A stretch of 64,000 nucleotides of DNA from an uncultured Fibrobacterota bacterium (GTDB taxonomy: Bacteria > Fibrobacterota > Chitinivibrionia > Chitinivibrionales > FEN-1185). A program made the position numbers and the translations under genes. The stretch covers positions 1-64,000 of the forward strand of contig CAVSQB010000032.1 in the NCBI GenBank assembly GCA_963729895.1, read 5' to 3'. Shown here one piece after another: positions 57,375-64,000 of the stretch; positions within the stretch are counted from its first letter, which is position 1, and each line of letters opens with the position of its first letter. The notes under the pieces are model-generated. The model did no database searches. It was not told the DNA's origin and worked only from the letters and a program-made list of their open reading frames with translations.

Positions 57375-60300
57375 ATGATCACGTCAAAGCATCCGCGCCG
57401 CGCTCTTCACTCCATGCCCTCGTTCCGGCTGCTGCTGGCCGCGCTGGCGCACCTGTGGTACGCCGGGGCGGTTTTCGGATTTGGAAAGAACAAAGTCGAA
57501 TACGAGCATTTTTCCTGGCACTACTACCTGACCCCTCACTTCCAGGTTTTTTTCCCCCAGGACCAGGGCGTTCTCCCCGCCATAGCCGCGCAGTGGATCG
57601 AAAACGATTACGAATCGCTGCGGCACGATTTCTCATTCGGGCCCAAGGGCAAGCTGCCGGTGATCCTCTACGGCAGCCCGAACAGCTTTGCGCAGACCAA
57701 TATCGTGAGCGACATTCTCCCCGAAGACGTGGGAGGATTCACCACACAGATGAAGAACAGGATCGTGGTGCCGTTTGACGGGTCGTACGACGAGCTGCGC
57801 CACGTGCTGCACCACGAGCTGGTGCACGGGTTCCAGTACGGAATACTCTTTGAGCATTTCGGCAGCGCCATTTTCTCGGGAGGCGAAGCGCAGCTTCCCC
57901 TCTGGTTTGCCGAAGGCATGGCCGAATATCTGTCCTGTGGCTGGAACACGGAGGCCGACATGTTCCTCATGGACGCGGTGGTGTACGGCAGCGTCGGCCT
58001 TCCCGGCCCCGAGCTCGACGGCTACATGGCCTACAAGGGCGGGCAGTCGTTCTTCGCATTTGTCGCAGCTTCGCGCGGGGAAACGATGTTTTCCCATTTT
58101 CTCAGGAAGTACAGGGACACCAAGAATGTCGAGCGAAGCTTTAAGGACACCTACGGGAAAACGGCCGAGGAACTCGGCGAAGAATGGAGGACCGAGCTCA
58201 AACGCCTTTACTGGCCGGAAATAGGGCGCCGCACCGATCCGTCGAAAAATTCCACCGCGCTCACCGTCCACGAAAAAGACAAGGACCATTTCAACCTGAA
58301 GCCGAGGATCTCTCCCGACGGCGCCAGGGTCGCCTATTTCAGCGACCTGCGGGATTACACCAAAATTCTGGTGTGCAACGGCAAAGGATCCGTCATCGAA
58401 GAGCTGGGCGCATCCGGATACGCCGGCAATTTCGAGTCGTTTCATCCCTTCCGCAGCGGCATGTGCTGGTCTCCCGGGAGCGACAGGCTCGCGTTTGTCG
58501 CAAGCAACAACGGCAGGGACGAGCTCCGGCTTGTCGATATACGGCGCAAAAAACTGCTCGCCGCGTTCCGGCCCGCGCTGTCCTCCATCGTTTCGCCCGA
58601 CTGGTCGCCCGACGGCGCCGCCATCGTGTTCTGCGGCGTCGACAAGGGATACTGCGACCTGTTCTCCTGCGACGTGCGCACCGGTTGGTGCACGCGTTTG
58701 ACAAACGACATATCCGGCAAAGCGGACCCGCGTTTCACCCGCGACGGCAGGGGCATCGTGTTTTCGAGGCAGGACACCTGCGGATCCCCAAACCGCGCGC
58801 TCCGGGCGCGCGGCGCAAAGCCCGTGCAGCTGTGGTACCTGGACCTGTCGGACAAAAGCTGCGTGCAGCTCACGTTTTCTCCGGGCAACAAGAAGGCCCC
58901 CTGTTTTTCCCCCGACGGCAAAACGTTGGTTTACGTATCGGACAACAGCGGCATCGACAATATCTACGCCGCGCCGTTTGCGGCCCCGGACAGCGCCCGT
59001 GCCCTCACCGACGTCATCGGCGGCGTATCGAGCCCCGACTGGGCCAAAGACTCCATGACGCTCGTCTACTGCCTCTTCCAGAAAGGCGGCTGGGACATCT
59101 GGCGCATGGCCGACCCCCTGGGCAAAGCGATGAGCAGGCCGCCCCAGCCGACGCGGTGGGTGGAATCGTGCAGAGACACCGCTGCCCATTTCTTCCCGCC
59201 CGTGGCCCCGGGAGACACCGCGCCTGCCGCGCAGGCCGGGAAGAAATCGGCCGCCTCTTCCCGCCGCAAGGCCCCGGCGTCCGATCTTGACATAAACGAC
59301 GAGTCGGTAAGCGACATTTCGGAGCGCGACACACTCCGGCAGGCGTCTCTTGTGCAGAAGGGCGAAGCCCCGGCCGCCACCGCGGACACGGGCATGCGGC
59401 CGTCGCCCCATGTCGTCCTCAATTTCGATTCCCTCCAGCCCCGGCCGTACCGGCTGTCGTTTACGCCCGACATCATCTCGGTCGGCCTCGGGACGAATAC
59501 CTATTACGCCTACGGCGTGTCCGGGCAGGTCGCCGCGGTGTTCACCGACCTCATGGGCAACCACCAGATCGCGGTGATGGGCGACGTGGAAGGCGACCTG
59601 GCCGAGTACACCAACCTGTTCGCCTCCTACCTCAACCTGGAGCACAAGGTCAATTTCGGCGGGGGCGCTTTTTACAACAGGCAATACACGTCGGCGGACA
59701 TCTTCGCCGATTCGCTCTATTTCGACACCGACGCCGGCCTCACGTTTCTGCTCAGGTTCCCCTTTTCCATGTTCAGCAGGATAGACCTGGAAGGTTTTTA
59801 CGAAAACCTGTTCCGCGTTCCCTACCTGTATCAAACCACGACCGGCGCCACCGTCGCGGACACCGGCCGCGGAAGCCACACCTTCAACATTTTGATGCCC
59901 TCGCTGTCGTACGTCTACGACGACATCCTCTGGGGCATTACCGGGCCGCTCAACGGAACGCGGGGCCAGGCGCGCGTCATCGTGTCGCCTCCGACAAAAT
60001 TCATCAACGCCTCGTTCGCGTCGTTCGACGTCGACGTGCGCAACTACTGGCACCTGTTCAAACGATTCGTGTGGGCCAACCGCCTTTCGTTCGGCGCGAG
60101 CATCGCGCTGAACAACGAACCCGACCAAAGGAAGTTCTTTTTGGGCGGCGACGACAACTGGTTCCTGTACAATTACAACGCCGCGGGATACCAGCAGAAC
60201 GCGAACAACTTCTTCTATTCGGACATCATCGTGCCGTTCCGCGGCTGGGATTACCTCGACATCATCGGCACGAAATATGCCGTTGTCAACACCGAATTCC

Positions 60301-60578
60301 GGTTCCCGTTCCTCAAGGAAATGTCGTTTGTGTGGCCGCTGCCCGTGACACTCCGTTATGTCAACGGTGCGCTCTTCACCGACGTCGGCAATGCGTGGAA
60401 CCCGGACCAGCAGTTCAAAGGCGTTCCCCTGCCGAAAACGCTCTACGGCGGCGTGGGCGGCGGGCTGCGGGCGAACCTGGGGATCTTCGTGCTGCGCTGG
60501 GACAGGGCGTGGAAAACGGACTTCAGTACGTTTTTCGGACCGCATAAAGACTACTTTTCGCTGGGGGCGGAATTTTAG
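57375..60578 (+). CDS. Omp85-family protein with N-terminal zinc metallopeptidase and PD40/TolB-like propeller
   Basis: FGKNKV, HELVH (HExxH), PLWFAEGMAEY, SPDG repeats, FTDVGNAW, C-terminal FSLGAEF. Confidence 0.88.
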   Translation: MITSKHPRRALHSMPSFRLLLAALAHLWYAGAVFGFGKNKVEYEHFSWHYYLTPHFQVFFPQDQGVLPAIAAQWIENDYESLRHDFSFGPKGKLPVILYGSPNSFAQTNIVSDILPEDVGGFTTQMKNRIVVPFDGSYDELRHVLHHELVHGFQYGILFEHFGSAIFSGGEAQLPLWFAEGMAEYLSCGWNTEADMFLMDAVVYGSVGLPGPELDGYMAYKGGQSFFAFVAASRGETMFSHFLRKYRDTKNVERSFKDTYGKTAEELGEEWRTELKRLYWPEIGRRTDPSKNSTALTVHEKDKDHFNLKPRISPDGARVAYFSDLRDYTKILVCNGKGSVIEELGASGYAGNFESFHPFRSGMCWSPGSDRLAFVASNNGRDELRLVDIRRKKLLAAFRPALSSIVSPDWSPDGAAIVFCGVDKGYCDLFSCDVRTGWCTRLTNDISGKADPRFTRDGRGIVFSRQDTCGSPNRALRARGAKPVQLWYLDLSDKSCVQLTFSPGNKKAPCFSPDGKTLVYVSDNSGIDNIYAAPFAAPDSARALTDVIGGVSSPDWAKDSMTLVYCLFQKGGWDIWRMADPLGKAMSRPPQPTRWVESCRDTAAHFFPPVAPGDTAPAAQAGKKSAASSRRKAPASDLDINDESVSDISERDTLRQASLVQKGEAPAATADTGMRPSPHVVLNFDSLQPRPYRLSFTPDIISVGLGTNTYYAYGVSGQVAAVFTDLMGNHQIAVMGDVEGDLAEYTNLFASYLNLEHKVNFGGGAFYNRQYTSADIFADSLYFDTDAGLTFLLRFPFSMFSRIDLEGFYENLFRVPYLYQTTTGATVADTGRGSHTFNILMPSLSYVYDDILWGITGPLNGTRGQARVIVSPPTKFINASFASFDVDVRNYWHLFKRFVWANRLSFGASIALNNEPDQRKFFLGGDDNWFLYNYNAAGYQQNANNFFYSDIIVPFRGWDYLDIIGTKYAVVNTEFRFPFLKEMSFVWPLPVTLRYVNGALFTDVGNAWNPDQQFKGVPLPKTLYGGVGGGLRANLGIFVLRWDRAWKTDFSTFFGPHKDYFSLGAEF

Positions 60579-60661
60579 GGGCGGGTGTAGGGCCGTCTCA
60601 TGTGCAGCCGGAAAAAGCCGGGAACCGTTTTCGGCGTGGAGGGACGAAACCACCTGCGGGG

Positions 60662-63013
60662 TTATGCAAGTACATCTTTCACCGCCTGCAAAAGATCGCG
60701 TACGGAATACGGCTTATGCAAAAAACGGAAGTTTTTCTCTTTGATAAAATCCCAGTTCGTTTTTTCATCCGTATAGCCGCTCGTGACGATCACTTTAAAT
60801 TTCCAGCGCTTGTGCAACTCCTGCACGAGAAGGATCCCTGTCATATCAGGGAGTACGACGTCGCTGAACACCAGGTCGAACCTGCCGTTTTCCTTTTCGA
60901 ACAATTCTATTGCCTCTTTTGCGCTTGAGACCGGGAACACCGAATATCCGTTTGATGCAAGCATTTTCTCCGCAACCGCGCGCACCTCGTCCTGGTCCTC
61001 AACGACCATGATGCGCTCGCCTTTTCCTTCCAGGGAAACAACGGGGACCTCTTCTTTGCTTTTTTGCCCGGACGCGTCGGAGGTCGACGGAAAAAAGACT
61101 TTGAACGTGGCGCCGTGTCCGATTTCGCTACAGACATTTATCCAGCCCTTGTGCTGCTCGACTACGCCGAACACCACGGACAATCCGAGCCCTGTTCCTT
61201 TACCTTCTCCCTTTGTAGTGAAAAAAGGTTCAAAAATGCGTTGCTGCGTCAGTTTGTCCATGCCTGTTCCGGTGTCCGATACCGACAGGCAGACAAAGCA
61301 TCCGGGGCGGGTCCCCTTGTTTGTGCGGCAGTATTCTTCATCGATGGTCACATTCTCCGATTTAATGAATAATTTTCCACCTTCAGGCATAGCGTCCCTT
61401 GCGTTTACCGACAGGTTCATGAGCACCTGTTCGATATTCCCCTCGTCGCCAAGAATACGCCACAGTTCCTTTTCCAGACTGGTCTCAATGACAATGTTTT
61501 CCCCGATGAGCCTGGCGAGCATTTTAAGCAAACGGCTGATGGTGGCATTGATGTCCAAGGGCATCGGCTCCATGTGCTGTTTTCTGCTGAATAGAAGGAG
61601 CTGGCGTGTAAGACCGGCGGCCCTTGTCGCCGCAGTGCTCACCTGTCTCAGGTCCTTTTGAACGGCATCGGATTCCGGTATTTTCCCCATGGCAATGGTC
61701 GTGAAGCCCGAAATGGCGGTAAGAAGATTGTTGAAATCATGCGCTACGCCTCCGGCCAGGGTGCCTATGGCTTCCATTTTCTGGGCCTGGAGAAACTGGG
61801 CCTGGAGCTGCTCTTTTTCCTTTTCAAGGCGTTTGCGCTCGGAAATGTCGGTAAGAAAATTCAGTGTGGCGGGCATACCTTTCCAGTCAATCAAGACTGA
61901 ACTATTTTCAATCCATCTGATACTTTTGTCAGGATTCAACATGCGGAAGGTATACCGGGAGGGTGCAGATTCACCATTCAACCGTTTCTTGTAATAATCC
62001 GCTACCAATTGATGGTCATCCGGATGTATGAAATTCGAAAAAGGTTTTTCCAGAAGTTCCGTTTCCAGATATCCCGAGAGCTCCATGGCCTGATGATTTG
62101 CGAATTTGAGCAAGCCATCCTGCGCCACAAGAATTCCTTCGTTGGCGCCGTCCACAAGTGTCCGGTATTTTTCCTCACTCGCAAGGAGAGCGTTTTCCAC
62201 GCGTTTGCGCTCGGTGATGTCTTGCATCGCGACGACGAGCGCACGAACGTTGGGATTATCAAGAAGGTTCTGGATGGTTGCGTCAACAAAAATCATCGAC
62301 CCATCTTTGAGAAGGGTTCGAAATTCGATCTTCGTGGAATCATTTCTCCGTTGCATAGCGCGATTCCAAGCATCGCGGACCACATTCATATCGTCCGAGT
62401 GCACGATATCAAAAGCGAGTTTGCCCAGTCGTTCCACATCCGAATACCCTGTCGCCCTTGCTCGTGGGCTACGATATAGTATTCTGCCGTCAACATCACA
62501 GAACAAAATGGAATCATTGCTGTTTTCGATCACAGCCTTGAACTTGGCTTCGCTTTCGCGCAGCGCGGTCTCGGCCAGCTTACGCTCGGTGATATCGCGA
62601 ATACTCGCTACCGAATAGATCTCGCCGTGCAATGTGTAGGTGGACAGAGAGAACTCAGCATCAAACTCGGCGCCGTCTTTTTTCAATCCGCGCGACTCAT
62701 AGAATCTCTCGACCTCTTCGCCGGCGGATCTTCGTTGCACTCTCCGGATCATCTGCTCGCGGTGTGATGGTGCAATGGAATTGATAATGGGAGAGCCGAG
62801 GATTTGATCATTATTCGCGAAGCCGAATAATTCGAGATAGGCAGGGTTGGCGTAAATGTGCATCCCCTTTTTGGCGACACCGATGGCGTCTCTGGAACTC
62901 TCAAATATTGCACGCAGCCGGGATTCCCTTTCGCGAAGCGCTTCTTCCGCATGCTTGCGCTCCGACAGCCGCGGCTTAACAAATTTCGCTTTTGTCATCC
63001 GTTTATTTTTCAT
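60662..63013 (-). CDS. Multi-PAS hybrid histidine kinase
   Basis: Three PAS/PAC units (DITERK), AHDFNN, NARDAM, FFTTK..GTGLGL, receiver. Confidence 0.95.
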   Translation of the reverse strand: MKNKRMTKAKFVKPRLSERKHAEEALRERESRLRAIFESSRDAIGVAKKGMHIYANPAYLELFGFANNDQILGSPIINSIAPSHREQMIRRVQRRSAGEEVERFYESRGLKKDGAEFDAEFSLSTYTLHGEIYSVASIRDITERKLAETALRESEAKFKAVIENSNDSILFCDVDGRILYRSPRARATGYSDVERLGKLAFDIVHSDDMNVVRDAWNRAMQRRNDSTKIEFRTLLKDGSMIFVDATIQNLLDNPNVRALVVAMQDITERKRVENALLASEEKYRTLVDGANEGILVAQDGLLKFANHQAMELSGYLETELLEKPFSNFIHPDDHQLVADYYKKRLNGESAPSRYTFRMLNPDKSIRWIENSSVLIDWKGMPATLNFLTDISERKRLEKEKEQLQAQFLQAQKMEAIGTLAGGVAHDFNNLLTAISGFTTIAMGKIPESDAVQKDLRQVSTAATRAAGLTRQLLLFSRKQHMEPMPLDINATISRLLKMLARLIGENIVIETSLEKELWRILGDEGNIEQVLMNLSVNARDAMPEGGKLFIKSENVTIDEEYCRTNKGTRPGCFVCLSVSDTGTGMDKLTQQRIFEPFFTTKGEGKGTGLGLSVVFGVVEQHKGWINVCSEIGHGATFKVFFPSTSDASGQKSKEEVPVVSLEGKGERIMVVEDQDEVRAVAEKMLASNGYSVFPVSSAKEAIELFEKENGRFDLVFSDVVLPDMTGILLVQELHKRWKFKVIVTSGYTDEKTNWDFIKEKNFRFLHKPYSVRDLLQAVKDVLA

Positions 63014-63205
63014 CGACGACCTCTGCCGCTAATAAATAACGATTGATAGAGATATCTTAGGGAACGTCGCGCCGTTGTGGAGCACAATAGGAGAGAATCC
63101 GGTGGTATATGTACTATTCTATTACTTGTGCGGTCTATTTTCAATACTTAACATGACGAGGCGGTGCTACCGACGGGGCTGCGGTTGGTTTGGGCTGGCG
63201 CTGTT

Positions 63206-64000
63206 GAGCCTGTAGAAAAACCTGGATTTGCCGCCGTCTCTTGGTTTGTTGAAAAACTAGGTTGTACCAGTCCGCAAAATCAAGATGATTTAAAACGAAA
63301 CAATGAAACAGGTTGAAAATGAAGTCGAATCAGCTTTTTTCATCCACACGGACTATTCTCCCAGGTTAAACCGCCCACTGAGGGGCGTAATTGCATATCT
63401 TCTCGATATTATGCACAAGACAATATAACAGCCACTGTATATTCACTTTGCGCTTTGTCCTGAGAGTAAATCGGTCCATTCGTTTCGCCCCACGGATGTT
63501 TCCAAATACCGGCTCAATGATTGCCATCCGCTTGCTGTAAATCTCCCTTCCATCCGGCGTATCGATCTTGGACGCCATTTCCTTGACCAGGTACTGGTAC
63601 GGGTCTTTATTTATATTGATTGACTTGCTCTTCGAACGCTCGTTTCTCATGCACCTGGCTTTCAGGCCACACACGCCGCAGTCACGGCGTGAAGCCTTGT
63701 ACGCATAATAGTTCAATCCCAGAATCTGCATAAGATTTTTGTTGGTATGCAGCTTTTTCCCCGCTGGACAAATGTAGCATCCGCTTCTCTTGTCATAATG
63801 GAAGTCGGAAGTCTCAAAAAACTTCTCTCGCGGTATGTCATTCCCCTTGTGTCGAAACGCCGTCGAAAACCGCGGGTCTCGTTTTCTAAAATTGTTGTCC
63901 GGGATATATCCATCCGCCCGTTCATTATGGAGCACCTTCAGGTTTTCGATGCTATGAAAATTGGAATCGGCGGTGATGACAGCACCCTCAAGCACGTCTG
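63206..64000 (-). mobile_element. IS1182-family element, partial (runs off window)
   Basis: Transposase 63366-63995+ with ADS.F, YICPAGK, C..C.LK..C, Y.KR...IEPVFGNI; candidate end GAGCCTGTAGAAAAACC at 63206. Confidence 0.85.

Noticed and set aside
57633..60653. 1006-aa minus-strand ORF and similar long antisense ORFs (e.g. 52748-54049, 51404-52519, 35906-37039)
   Set aside because: Shadow frames of high-GC3 genes on the opposite strand; no protein motifs

Overview
Bacterial chromosomal window, probably from a Fibrobacterota-like diderm. This is inferred from a Fibrobacter-major-paralogous-domain lipoprotein and an Agl/Glt-like TolQR/TonB/TPR cluster. A dif-like XerCD site at 23560-23587 suggests the replication terminus: the first 10.4 kb is all + strand, 10.5-23 kb is mixed, and most genes right of the site are - strand. 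The left ~28 kb is an accessory/defence zone. It holds a CBASS-like locus with two CD-NTases around one patatin, an unknown lipoprotein/small-protein pair, an Omp85 barrel and a giant PKD/FISUMP lipoprotein. It also holds a retron-type RT module (consensus promoter, ~350-nt structured leader able to sequester an RBS, 71-aa protein, XRE HTH, RT) lying between two homologous FISUMP 3' ends, and an integrase-less ~6.2-kb signalling/chaperone block bounded by 14-bp direct repeats within a split DUF72 paralog. IS3/RAYT debris and a tandem HNH-like protein follow. The right ~36 kb is mostly core: dacB, nrdR, tRNA-Thr, a sugar ABC transporter, an Npt1-HEAT-cNMP protein, the Agl/Glt-like envelope motor cluster, an Omp85-peptidase fusion, a PAS hybrid kinase and a partial IS1182. 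All family calls are from motif recognition, not database searches.
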